From: an uncultured Kiloniellales bacterium
GTDB lineage: Bacteria; Actinomycetota; Acidimicrobiia; Spongiisociales; UBA5794
Assembly (NCBI GenBank): GCA_964196275.1
Contig: CAXMSN010000114.1
Span: 2,674-66,673, forward strand
DNA length: 64,000 bases
Direction of reading: 5' to 3'
A program made the translations under genes and the position numbers. A model generated the notes under the pieces. It was not told the origin of the DNA, made no database searches, and worked only from the letters and a program-made list of their open reading frames with translations. The number at the start of each line of letters is the position of its first letter. The first letter of the stretch is position 1. Positions 37,592-47,186 of this stretch are shown here, piece by piece.

Positions 37592-37637
37592 ATCCCCCTG
37601 GCTCGCTGTGCTCGCCCGTCCCCCTTGAAAGGGGGAC
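37592..37637 (+). repeat. REP-like hairpin element, copy 6 (forward)
   Basis: ATCCCCCTGGCTCGCTGTGCTCGCCCGTCCCCCTTGAAAGGGGGAC. Directly preceded by a TCAGACC heptamer array. Confidence 0.85.
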
Positions 37638-37651
37638 AGACTTTGAAAAGA

Positions 37652-37679
37652 AGAAAGGCGCCCGGGTGGGCGCCTTTCT
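37652..37679. terminator. bidirectional intrinsic terminator between the SCP2 gene and the HU gene
   Basis: AGAAAGGCGCCC-gggt-GGGCGCCTTTCT, a 12-bp stem. U-rich tail on the minus strand (ttcttttc) after the HU stop, and ttcgatt on the plus strand. Confidence 0.8.
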
Positions 37680-37699
37680 TCGATTGATTGCGGGAACGA

Positions 37700-37978
37700 T
37701 CAGCCAGGCTTTACGGCATCCTTGAAGCCCTTACCGGCCTTGAACGCTGGAACGCGTGTTGCTGCGACATTGATCGGAGCGCCCGTTTGCGGGTTACGAG
37801 CAACGCGTGCTGCGCGGTCGCGACCTTCGAACGTTCCGAAACCTGTGATCTGAACCTTGCCAGACATCACGACACCGCTGACGATGACGTCAAGCGTCTC
37901 GTTCACCATCTTCTCTGCCAAAGCCTTGGACTCGCCTGTGTTGCGAGCCACTGCCTCGATGAGTTCACCTTTGTTCAC
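37700..37978 (-). CDS. hup: HU-family nucleoid-associated DNA-binding protein
   Basis: MNKGELIEAVA...FGTFE.R.RAAR.ARNPQTG..I...A...PAFKAG. GTG start after GGAGG. No Lys/Ala-rich C-terminal extension. Confidence 0.95.
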   Translation of the reverse strand: MNKGELIEAVARNTGESKALAEKMVNETLDVIVSGVVMSGKVQITGFGTFEGRDRAARVARNPQTGAPINVAATRVPAFKAGKGFKDAVKPG

Positions 37979-38029
37979 TGAAAACCTCCTCTGTCCACGA
38001 TCGTCGTGGAACGAATAACACGGGTGTAA

Positions 38030-38058
38030 CTCTACCCAATACCCGATTAATCAGCAAC
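38030..38058 (-). promoter_or_regulatory. candidate promoter of the HU gene (TTGCTG-17-TAGAGT)
   Basis: Minus strand reads TTGCTGattaatcgggtattgggTAGAGT, a TAnnnT-type -10. By-eye match only. Confidence 0.3.
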
Positions 38059-38129
38059 AATACGGGATTTCCGGTTGTGTCGCACGACCATAAGTTCGGT
38101 AGAGTGCTTCCTAATCGGAGGCTGACCGC

Positions 38130-39053
38130 TTGAAAAAGAACTGGACCAAGATCGCAATTGCCCTCGGGCCCGCGATCCTCATCTCAACGTACGTATGGGA
38201 GTTCGCACGAACCAACCCTGACTACAAGTTCCTGATTCAACCGTGGGCGATGCGTGGAAACGAGATGGTTCACGGCGATGTGTTCGTTGCCTTCGGCGTC
38301 GTCCTCTTGATCGCCGGTCTGGCCGCATCCTGGGAGGGAGCTGCCAGGCCCCTCTACTCCGCCCTGATCGTCGTCTTCATCGTGGTCGCTGGCACCGCAG
38401 TCACTTCCACGTACAGCGAAACCACGTTCAACCTCACGATCAGCCCGGTGATGGCCGTGCTCTTGACACTCATCATCTCCCTATCCATCGCGCTTGCTTT
38501 GAGGAGCCAATTCCGCGAACGCTCGAGGATCTTCGCCAGAGCGCTGCCTCTCTTCGCCGTGTCCTTCGTCGTTGTGATGGGACTGATCTCCGCAACCGTC
38601 CTGAATACCACGGTTTCAACCGAGAGCTGGATAGCGCTGCTGGTGGTCATGCTGTTCTCTGCGGCGGTCGCCCTGAGCGTCAAACCGATCGACATGGCTG
38701 CCAACCGGCTGCTCGTAATGGCAGTCGTCACAACGTGGGGTGTGATCGTGCTCTCAGCCGGAGCCATCAGACAGACGCTGATCGACGCCCAGGTGATGGC
38801 TACTCAGGTCGACGGCACGACAGGCATCTCCGCCCAGTACAAGGATGTGCAGGCCGCATCAGGCTGGTGGCTGGCGGGCTTCGGGCTCAGCGTCATGTTC
38901 GTTGGGGCGGTTGGCCTGTGGGCGAAGCGCAGGGATCACGTCGCAGCGCTCGCACGAGCGAGGAAGCAGCGGGAAGCTGCAGAAATCAGCGCAAGAGAGA
39001 TTCAAGAAGCTGCAGATGCATACGCCGCCGAACTGGCTGCGTCCGCGAGCTGA
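38130..39053 (+). CDS. polytopic membrane protein with C-terminal charged helix, function unknown
   Basis: 307 aa with about 8 hydrophobic segments and a TTG start after GGAGG. No family recognised. Confidence 0.5.
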   Translation: MKKNWTKIAIALGPAILISTYVWEFARTNPDYKFLIQPWAMRGNEMVHGDVFVAFGVVLLIAGLAASWEGAARPLYSALIVVFIVVAGTAVTSTYSETTFNLTISPVMAVLLTLIISLSIALALRSQFRERSRIFARALPLFAVSFVVVMGLISATVLNTTVSTESWIALLVVMLFSAAVALSVKPIDMAANRLLVMAVVTTWGVIVLSAGAIRQTLIDAQVMATQVDGTTGISAQYKDVQAASGWWLAGFGLSVMFVGAVGLWAKRRDHVAALARARKQREAAEISAREIQEAADAYAAELAASAS

Positions 39054-39080
39054 GGCAATTCTCGACCGGCTGATCAGCCG

Positions 39081-40016
39081 CTAGTAATCGACCTGCTCAA
39101 GGTCAGCGACCTTCTCCGCCACCGCGGTCGCAGCCTCGCGTAGACCAGCAGCTTCACCTTCCGTCAGTGGAGACTCGACAACCTCTTCGACACCGTTGGC
39201 CCCGAGCTTGGCGACCACGCCGAGGTAGACATCGGAGATACCGTATTGGCCATCCATCCAGGCGCAAACGGGCATCTCGGTGCCGGCGTCCTCGATGACC
39301 GCACGGACCATGGCTGCAGCGGCAGCGGAGGGTGCGTAGTACGCCGAACCGGTCTTCAGGAAAGCGACGATCTCTGCTCCACCCTTGCGGGTCCGGTCAA
39401 CGATCGACTCGATCTGGTCTGCGTCGAGCACGTCCTCGAGCGCCGAGTCTCCGATGCTGCACATCGACGGCACAGGAACCATCGTGTCACCGTGCGATCC
39501 GAGCGTCACAGCGGTCACATCAAGGATGTCGACGTCGGCTACCTCTGAGATGAAGTGTGCGAATCGGGCGCTATCGAGCATTCCTGCCTGCCCGAATACC
39601 CTGCCCTTCGGAAACCCGGAAACCTCGGCGACGAGCGTCGTCATCTGATCGAGCGGATTCGTGACAACGATGATCACGGCATCCGGCGAGTGGGTGACGA
39701 GTTGCTCAGTGACCGACTTGACGATCTTGGCGTTGACGCCAAGCAGATCCATCCGCGACATCCCTGGCTTCCTCGGGAGACCGGCAGTGATCACGACGAC
39801 GTCCGACTCAGCGGTATCTGCATAGTCGTTCGTTCCGGTGACCTTCGTCCGGTATCCAAGGACTGGCCGTGACTGGTTCATATCCAATGCGAGGCCCTGC
39901 GGCAGGTCCTCCACGATGTCGATCATCACGACTTCGTCCACGATGTCCCACTCTGCGATTCGCTGCACCGTGGTGGAGCCGTACTTGCCTGCACCGACGA
40001 CCGTTACCTTGCTCAT
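39081..40016 (-). CDS. mdh: malate dehydrogenase (LDH-like family)
   Basis: VVGAGKYG Rossmann motif. GLPRKPGMSRMDL carries the Arg that specifies MDH rather than LDH. Start ATG 40016 follows AAGGAG. Confidence 0.9.
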   Translation of the reverse strand: MSKVTVVGAGKYGSTTVQRIAEWDIVDEVVMIDIVEDLPQGLALDMNQSRPVLGYRTKVTGTNDYADTAESDVVVITAGLPRKPGMSRMDLLGVNAKIVKSVTEQLVTHSPDAVIIVVTNPLDQMTTLVAEVSGFPKGRVFGQAGMLDSARFAHFISEVADVDILDVTAVTLGSHGDTMVPVPSMCSIGDSALEDVLDADQIESIVDRTRKGGAEIVAFLKTGSAYYAPSAAAAAMVRAVIEDAGTEMPVCAWMDGQYGISDVYLGVVAKLGANGVEEVVESPLTEGEAAGLREAATAVAEKVADLEQVDY

Positions 40017-40130
40017 GGCCTCTCCTTGAGGACGGAAGATGTACTCCAAGGATAACGGCCAGCCACGACCCTGGAATCCCAATGACCGCGGATCAAGAGC
40101 TGCTGCCCCGGCTGCACCACGGACCGGATT

Positions 40131-40934
40131 TCAGACGGTTGCCGTTGCGAAATATGACCGGAACGGAACCTCGAGTCCGCCTTCGGTCACATAGTCCGCG
40201 AGACCATCCTCGACGGCAGCGAGAGCCTCGTCCCGGGTTCGATCATCCAGCTCGAAGAATGAACCAGACCACGGCAGCGCCTTGAGATGCTGGGGCACGT
40301 ATGTCCTGACCGGCGGCAGCGAGACCAGCGGCTCGAGTAGTTCGATGCTGACAGACTCGAGTCCGGCCGAAGCGAACCAGCCCTCCATCTTCGATGGCCC
40401 TCCCTCGACGTATGCAGGGCGATAGATAGCCGCATCGGTGCCGCAGTACTTCGACAACATCGCCAGCTCAACAGCGAAGAAGGGTGAGTCCTCGAGACCG
40501 GACCATACAGACGCCGACACTCTCCCCCCGCCCCTCGTGACCCTCGCCATCTCCTCCACGCCTTCAGCGACGTCCGGGAAGAACTGGATCCCCTGCTGAC
40601 AGATCACCGAGTCGAAGGACGCATCTTCGTACGGCAGGTCCAAGGCCGAAGCCACGTCCCACGAGATGTCAACGCCTTCAGATGGAATCGACTGTGCAAA
40701 CTCCACCATCCCAGCATTGATGTCCGCACCGGCAACGCTCCCACCGGATCCAACAGCCAATGCCGCCAACCTCGTAGCGAAGCCAGTGCCACAAGCGACA
40801 TCCAGAACAGCATCGCCAGCACTCACACCACCAGAGATCAGTGCCTCCGCTAGCGGCAACATGAACCGTCCGACCTGATCCTGATAATGCCGAGGAGCAT
40901 CAACATCAACCTGAAACCCCGAGGACTCACCCAT
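40131..40934 (-). CDS. class I SAM-dependent methyltransferase
   Basis: Motif I VLDVACGTGFATR and post-I/II motifs. Confidence 0.8.
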   Translation of the reverse strand: MGESSGFQVDVDAPRHYQDQVGRFMLPLAEALISGGVSAGDAVLDVACGTGFATRLAALAVGSGGSVAGADINAGMVEFAQSIPSEGVDISWDVASALDLPYEDASFDSVICQQGIQFFPDVAEGVEEMARVTRGGGRVSASVWSGLEDSPFFAVELAMLSKYCGTDAAIYRPAYVEGGPSKMEGWFASAGLESVSIELLEPLVSLPPVRTYVPQHLKALPWSGSFFELDDRTRDEALAAVEDGLADYVTEGGLEVPFRSYFATATV

Positions 40935-40950
40935 CAGCCACTGCGCTGCC

Positions 40951-40985
40951 GATCCGTGTTCCGTGGTCCGTAGTCCATGGTCCTC
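40951..40985. repeat. degenerate heptamer array (GGTCCGT-like x5)
   Basis: gatccgt gttccgt ggtccgt agtccat ggtcctc, between the icd stop and the methyltransferase start. Confidence 0.7.
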
Positions 40986-40988
40986 TGC

Positions 40989-42191
<1,203 letters not shown>

Positions 42192-42227
42192 GAGCTTCTC
42201 CGTGTGTTCGGTTCGTGTACTGGAAAT

Positions 42228-43085
42228 TCAGGAGTCGTTCTGGGAGTTCGCTAGCCCGACCGTGTTGACGAGCAGCGAGGCTCGCGTCATGGGCCCGACA
42301 CCGCCGGGGACCGGAGTGATGGCTCCTGCCACCTCAAGGACCTCATCGAAAGCCACATCTCCAACGAGTCCTGCGTCGGTTCGGTTGGTTCCGACGTCGA
42401 TGACGGTCGCACCCGGCTTCACGAACGACGCATCGAACATGCCCGGTCTCCCGACCGCCGTGATCAAGAGGTCCGCCGTGCGGGTAACCGCGGCCAGATC
42501 CGGCGTACGCGAATGTGCCTGGACAACGGTCGCATCCACGCCCTTGGCACCAAGCATCAACGCCATCGGCCTTCCGACAAGGAACGAACGCCCAACGACG
42601 ACGGCGGTCTTTCCCGCAACATCGATGCCGTAGTGGGCGAGGATGGTCATGATGCCCGAAGGCGTGGCAGGCAGGGGTGCCGGACGATCGAGGATGAGAC
42701 GCCCAAGGTTGAATGGATGCAATCCGTCTGCATCTTTCGTTGCCAGGACTCGCTCGACCGCTGCCTCACCGTCAAGGTGATCTGGTAGAGGTAGTTGGAC
42801 AATCATGCCTGTGACGTCATCTCTTGCGTTGAGATCATCAACGGCGGCGAACACATCGTCTTGGGACACGTCCGATGGGAGCTTCACGTCGACGGAAACG
42901 ATGCCAACCGACTCCGCATCCTTGTGCTTGTAGCGGACATAGGAGTGCGAGGCTGGATCATCGCCGACGAGAACGGTGGCCAGACCAACCGACACGCCGC
43001 GAGCGTTGAGGTCCGCGACGTCAGATCTGACCTCTTCGCGGACCGCCTTGGCGACGTCCGAGCCTGAGAGAATTCGTGCGGTCAA
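42228..43085 (-). CDS. folD: bifunctional methylenetetrahydrofolate dehydrogenase/cyclohydrolase
   Basis: LATVLVGDDPAS..YV..K, VVGRS.LVGRPMA, PVPGGVGPMT motifs. Confidence 0.95.
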   Translation of the reverse strand: MTARILSGSDVAKAVREEVRSDVADLNARGVSVGLATVLVGDDPASHSYVRYKHKDAESVGIVSVDVKLPSDVSQDDVFAAVDDLNARDDVTGMIVQLPLPDHLDGEAAVERVLATKDADGLHPFNLGRLILDRPAPLPATPSGIMTILAHYGIDVAGKTAVVVGRSFLVGRPMALMLGAKGVDATVVQAHSRTPDLAAVTRTADLLITAVGRPGMFDASFVKPGATVIDVGTNRTDAGLVGDVAFDEVLEVAGAITPVPGGVGPMTRASLLVNTVGLANSQNDS

Positions 43086-44599
43086 TGTCTGAAGTGCCTT
43101 TGTCCGGTGAAGATCAAGGCTACATCGTGCTCTGTCGCTGATTCGACGACCTCATCGTCCCTGACAGAGCCCCCAGGCTCCACGATCGCAACGATGCCTG
43201 CCTCAGCAAGTGCATCGGGTCCATCACGGAACGGGAAGAACGCATCCGAGGCACACACGGAACCTTTCGCTCGCTCGCCGGCCCTGGCAAGCGCTCGCTC
43301 GGCAGCCCCGACCCGCGATTGGTCGCCAGCTCCGACGCCCACCGCCGAACCGTCCTTCACGAGGACGATCGCATTCGACTTGGTGTGCGCACAGATCGTC
43401 CATGCGATCTCGAGGTCCCTCATCTCCGAATCTGTTGGCTGTCTGGTCCTGACTTCCCACTCGCCGCTCGCGTTCGATACGGCGTCACGTTTCTGGACGA
43501 GGAAGCCGTCGTCAACGCTTCGGATGTCGAGATCGAAATCCGAAGGTGGAGGCGCGATCAAAACCCTGAGGTTCTTCTTGTCGGCAAGAGCCGACCTGGC
43601 ATCTTGGGTGATGGACGGCGCGATCACGATCTCTACGAAATACTGGGAGATGGCCTCGGCGGTCTCCGCGTCGAGTTCGCCGTTGAGAGCGATCACACCT
43701 CCAAAGGCCGAGATCGGATCACATGCCCACGCCTTCGAGAACGCGTCTGCCATCGACAATCCGGCCGCTGCACCGCACGCGTTCATGTGCTTGAGGATCG
43801 CAACCGAGGTGTCCGGCAGGTCGTTCGCAAGCCTCCATGCGGCATCGGCATCGGCGTAATTGTTGAATGACATCGCCTTGCCCTGGATCTGCTCACCGAC
43901 CTTCCACCAACCCTCGGTGTCGTTCCGGGCGTACAGTGATGCCTCCTGGTGCGGGTTCTCGCCGTACCTGAGGGCGGCATCCTTCACCATGGGGAGCACG
44001 AGACGGTCCGCTCCGTCACGCTCGAGCCAGTTGACGATCGCAGCGTCGTACGACGCCGTTCTGAAGAACGCTTCCCTCGCGAGGTCGGCCCGCATCGCAG
44101 CCGTGGTGCCTCCTTTGGCGATCGCCTCAGCGATCTCCTGGTAGCGATCTGGCGAGACCACGGTCGCAACCCAAGCATGGTTCTTTGCCGCAGCCCTGAT
44201 GAGCGTCGGCCCACCGATGTCGATGTTCTCGATCACCTCGGAGGGATCAGCACCCTGTGCAACGGTTCGCTCGAACGGATACAGGTTCGACACAACGAGC
44301 TGGAACGTCTGGATCCCGAGGTCGCTGATGTCTTCGACGTGATCCGCCTTGCCAAGGTCAGCGAGGATCCCTCCGTGGATCCTTGGATGGAGCGTCTTCA
44401 CCCGTCCGCCGAGCATCTCTGGGGCACCCGTCACATCTTCGACATGTAGCACGATGATCCCTGCAGCCTCAAGGTGAGACGCTGTGCCACCTGAGCACAC
44501 GATCTCGACACCAGATGCAACAAGCCTCTCAGCGAACTCGACAAGACCGGTCTTGTCGGAGACCGAGATGAGGGCTCGTTGCACCCGTATCCGGCTCAT
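43082..44599 (-). CDS. purH: bifunctional AICAR transformylase / IMP cyclohydrolase
   Basis: RALISVSDKTG, VKTLHPRIHGGIL, and a C-terminal RHFRH. The ATG overlaps the purN TGA (ATGA). Confidence 0.95.
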   Translation of the reverse strand: MSRIRVQRALISVSDKTGLVEFAERLVASGVEIVCSGGTASHLEAAGIIVLHVEDVTGAPEMLGGRVKTLHPRIHGGILADLGKADHVEDISDLGIQTFQLVVSNLYPFERTVAQGADPSEVIENIDIGGPTLIRAAAKNHAWVATVVSPDRYQEIAEAIAKGGTTAAMRADLAREAFFRTASYDAAIVNWLERDGADRLVLPMVKDAALRYGENPHQEASLYARNDTEGWWKVGEQIQGKAMSFNNYADADAAWRLANDLPDTSVAILKHMNACGAAAGLSMADAFSKAWACDPISAFGGVIALNGELDAETAEAISQYFVEIVIAPSITQDARSALADKKNLRVLIAPPPSDFDLDIRSVDDGFLVQKRDAVSNASGEWEVRTRQPTDSEMRDLEIAWTICAHTKSNAIVLVKDGSAVGVGAGDQSRVGAAERALARAGERAKGSVCASDAFFPFRDGPDALAEAGIVAIVEPGGSVRDDEVVESATEHDVALIFTGQRHFRH

Positions 44600-45225
44600 G
44601 CGACAACCCTCGATCCCCATCGAACAACGCCATCCGTGACGCCGATCTCGCCGCGTCCGAACGCAGAGACGACCGCCGGGAGAAGGGCGTGTTCGACGAT
44701 CTGGATGCGTGCGTGCAACGAAGCGGCATCGTCGCCTTCGAGGACTCGGACCGCTTCCTGGGCGATGATCGGTCCATGGTCAACCTGCTCGTCGACGAAG
44801 TGCACGGTGACCCCGGTCACCGCCACGCCATGGTCCAGAGCCTGTTCGACGGCGTGCGCACCCGGAAACGACGGCAACAGTGCAGGGTGGACGTTGATGA
44901 TCGAATCGGGGAACCGCTCGATGGCGGTAGGAGAGAGGATCCGCATGAAGCCGGCAAGCACTATCGCCTCGACGCCGAACCGGTCGGCTGCATCGCATAT
45001 CTCCGACGTGAACTGTTCACGTGACGGGGTTTCGCTCCGCTCGACCACCACCACGGGGATGCCGGCCCGTTCCGCCCGTGCGATCCCTGTCGCGTCAGGC
45101 CTGTCCGAGATAACGACGGCCAGGGTGCATCCGAAGTCGTCAGCAGAGGACGCATCGATGAGCGCCTGAAGATTGGTGCCGCTTCCGGAGATGAGAACAG
45201 CGATGGGAAGCGGGGTCTGGGTCAT
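44596..45225 (-). CDS. purN: phosphoribosylglycinamide formyltransferase
   Basis: IAVLISGSGTNLQALID, INVHPALLP.FPG, VHFVDE..D.GPII motifs. ATG 45225 preferred over TTG 45234. Confidence 0.9.
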   Translation of the reverse strand: MTQTPLPIAVLISGSGTNLQALIDASSADDFGCTLAVVISDRPDATGIARAERAGIPVVVVERSETPSREQFTSEICDAADRFGVEAIVLAGFMRILSPTAIERFPDSIINVHPALLPSFPGAHAVEQALDHGVAVTGVTVHFVDEQVDHGPIIAQEAVRVLEGDDAASLHARIQIVEHALLPAVVSAFGRGEIGVTDGVVRWGSRVVA

Positions 45226-45359
45226 CGGAGCCAATTCTAGGATCGCGTTGGACAGTGCCGTTGGTCAGGTCCGATGCGAGCGGCGACGAGATTCGCACGA
45301 CGGAGCGCACACGAGTCCAATCGTTGGGCGAGCAGGATCTGAGCGAGGTATGCGCCGCT

Positions 45360-45400
45360 AGTCCGTGGTCCGTGGTCCGTGGTCCGTGGTCCGTGGTCTT
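45360..45400. repeat. heptamer array GGTCCGT x about 6 (reverse complement of the GGACCAC register)
   Basis: agtccgt ggtccgt ggtccgt ggtccgt ggtccgt ggtctt. This is the longest and cleanest array in the window. Confidence 0.95.
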
Positions 45401-45424
45401 GAGCGAGGCGGAGCCGAACGACAC

Positions 45425-46141
45425 CTACTCCCCCAGCGATGTGTCTCTCATCGCGAGATGCGGCAGCACCATGGCATCCACGAAGACCGATCCGTCTCCG
45501 TCCCATTCGAGTCCGAGAATCTCGTCGCGGGTCCGCCTACCACCGATGGAGCGCATCAGCTCGAACGACGATGCACGGACCGTCGCCACTGGCTCGCCTC
45601 GACCCACGTTCCAGCCTTGCCCTGAGTCCGTCGCCTCGATACGGAGGGTCGTGAGGCCAAGCGCCGCGAACTGTGGTCTCAGGGAGCGCACGTGGCCAGC
45701 GGCTGACACGTACACCTCAGGGAGATCCCGCCCCGACGAGTCACCGTATGCATTTCGGAGATCGAACTCGTGATGGAGGATGTCACTGATCGCCATAGGT
45801 GCGATGGCAGTGATCGGAATGACGCCCAGCGCTGATGGGACCCGTTCCGGAAGGTCCAGCGATGCCACGTCATCGAGCACGGCCGCGGCTCCGTCGATGG
45901 ATGCGTTCCACTCCGTAATGACCTGCTCGATCGACATCCCAGAGCGATCCTGTATTTGCTGATCCGTCCACGCTTCACTTGCGAACCCTTCGAACACACT
46001 GTTCGAAATGTCGGCGGACAATCCCGCAAGGTGGCGCACAACATCTGCTCCGGTCCACGCAGGGCACGCCGGGACCATGGTCCCAGGATCGTTCGTCTCA
46101 ATCAACGCAACGACACGTTCCTGGCCCCGCTTGTAGCTCAT
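45425..46141 (-). CDS. DinB/maleylpyruvate-isomerase-type mycothiol-dependent enzyme family protein
   Basis: N-terminus CPAWTGADVVRHLAG is typical of the TIGR03083 family. Start moved to Met 46141, because the upstream part of the track ORF crosses a palindrome and overlaps sucD. Confidence 0.65.
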   Translation of the reverse strand: MSYKRGQERVVALIETNDPGTMVPACPAWTGADVVRHLAGLSADISNSVFEGFASEAWTDQQIQDRSGMSIEQVITEWNASIDGAAAVLDDVASLDLPERVPSALGVIPITAIAPMAISDILHHEFDLRNAYGDSSGRDLPEVYVSAAGHVRSLRPQFAALGLTTLRIEATDSGQGWNVGRGEPVATVRASSFELMRSIGGRRTRDEILGLEWDGDGSVFVDAMVLPHLAMRDTSLGE

Positions 46142-46202
46142 CGCATACACAGAACTTATGTCCCTTCCTTCGCTCGCCACTCGCCACTGCCCGCTCAATG
46201 CC

Positions 46203-46250
46203 GTACCCAGGGTTCCCAGCCACATATTCGTGGCTGGGAACCCTGGGTAC
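46203..46250. terminator. 21-bp perfect palindrome (hairpin) just downstream of sucD
   Basis: GTACCCAGGGTTCCCAGCCAC-atattc-GTGGCTGGGAACCCTGGGTAC. A T-run follows only on the plus strand (gcgTTTTgg). Confidence 0.5.
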
Positions 46251-46259
46251 GCGTTTTGG

Positions 46260-47186
46260 TTAGCTTGACATTGCTTCCAGCATCGCCGAGCCCATGTCTG
46301 TGGGCGTTGGGGCAACGATGACGCCGGCTGCTTCGAGCGCCTCGATCTTGGCGTCGGCGGTTCCCTTGCCTCCTGAGATGATCGCTCCTGCGTGGCCCAT
46401 GCGCTTACCCGGGGGCGCAGAGGTTCCCGCTATGAACCCGGCTACCGGCTTGGTCATATTCGCCTTGATCCACTCGGCGGCTTCTTCCTCTGCCGTGCCG
46501 CCGATCTCGCCGATCATGATGACGCCTTCGGTTTCGGGGTCATCGTTGAACAGGGTGAGACAGTCGACGAAGTTCGTGCCGTTCACCGGGTCTCCCCCGA
46601 TACCGATCGCCGTCGTCTGGCCGAGTCCGTTGAGCGTCAGCTGATGGACCGCCTCATAGGTGAGCGTCCCAGAGCGGGAGATAACGCCGATCTTGCCCGG
46701 AGTGTGGATGTACCCCGGCATGATGCCGATCTTGCACTCCTGAGGCGTAATCACCCCTGGGCAGTTCGGACCGACAAGGCGAACATCGCGATCTGCGAGA
46801 TACCGCTTGGCGATGACCATGTCCGCGACCGGTATGCCCTCTGTGACGGTGATGATGAGTGGGACGCCAGCCTCGGCGGCCTCCATGATCGCATCCGCCG
46901 CAAAGGGTGGCGGTACATAGACCACTGACGCGTTCGCACCCGTCTCGGCCACCGCATCCCTCACCGATCGGAAGATCGGAAGGTCTGCTTCGTACGTGTC
47001 GCCCCTTCCCTGCACGCCCGAGTGGTCCGTCTCACCAGAGAACGATTCGGTCTGGCCCGCCCTAGACGGATGTACTGCCGCGACCATGTTCGTGCCGTAA
47101 GCGAGGGCCTTGTCGGTATGGAAACGGCCGGTCTTGCCGAGCCCCTGCACCATGACCTTTGTGTCCTTGTTGACGAGCACACTCAT
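46260..47186 (-). CDS. sucD: succinyl-CoA ligase subunit alpha
   Basis: Motifs [15 protein letters not shown] and MGHAGAI (phospho-His). Confidence 0.95.
   Translation of the reverse strand: MSVLVNKDTKVMVQGLGKTGRFHTDKALAYGTNMVAAVHPSRAGQTESFSGETDHSGVQGRGDTYEADLPIFRSVRDAVAETGANASVVYVPPPFAADAIMEAAEAGVPLIITVTEGIPVADMVIAKRYLADRDVRLVGPNCPGVITPQECKIGIMPGYIHTPGKIGVISRSGTLTYEAVHQLTLNGLGQTTAIGIGGDPVNGTNFVDCLTLFNDDPETEGVIMIGEIGGTAEEEAAEWIKANMTKPVAGFIAGTSAPPGKRMGHAGAIISGGKGTADAKIEALEAAGVIVAPTPTDMGSAMLEAMSS

Noticed and set aside
45360-45400. Heptamer arrays as CRISPR or as coding collagen-like/heptad repeats
   Set aside because: The units are contiguous 7-mers without spacers, so they are not CRISPR. 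The period is not a multiple of 3, and all three frames change within an array, so they cannot encode a periodic peptide. No cas genes are in the window.
45226-45424. Possible ZTP (pfl) riboswitch upstream of purN-purH-folD
   Set aside because: I read the leader on the coding strand. The conserved pfl elements as I recall them (GGGUCGUG..CUGGCG and CCGCCUGGGC-like 3' box) are absent. The spacer is instead occupied by a heptamer array and a REP-arm-like 21-mer.
46142-46315. Upstream 58 codons of the DinB-like ORF, overlapping the sucD 3' end
   Set aside because: This stretch reads through the 21-bp palindrome and overlaps sucD. Family-typical sequence starts at Met 46141. The same situation applies to the MCM B12-domain ORF (48839-49084 rejected) and to cimA (61681-61734, which covers the attenuator terminator).
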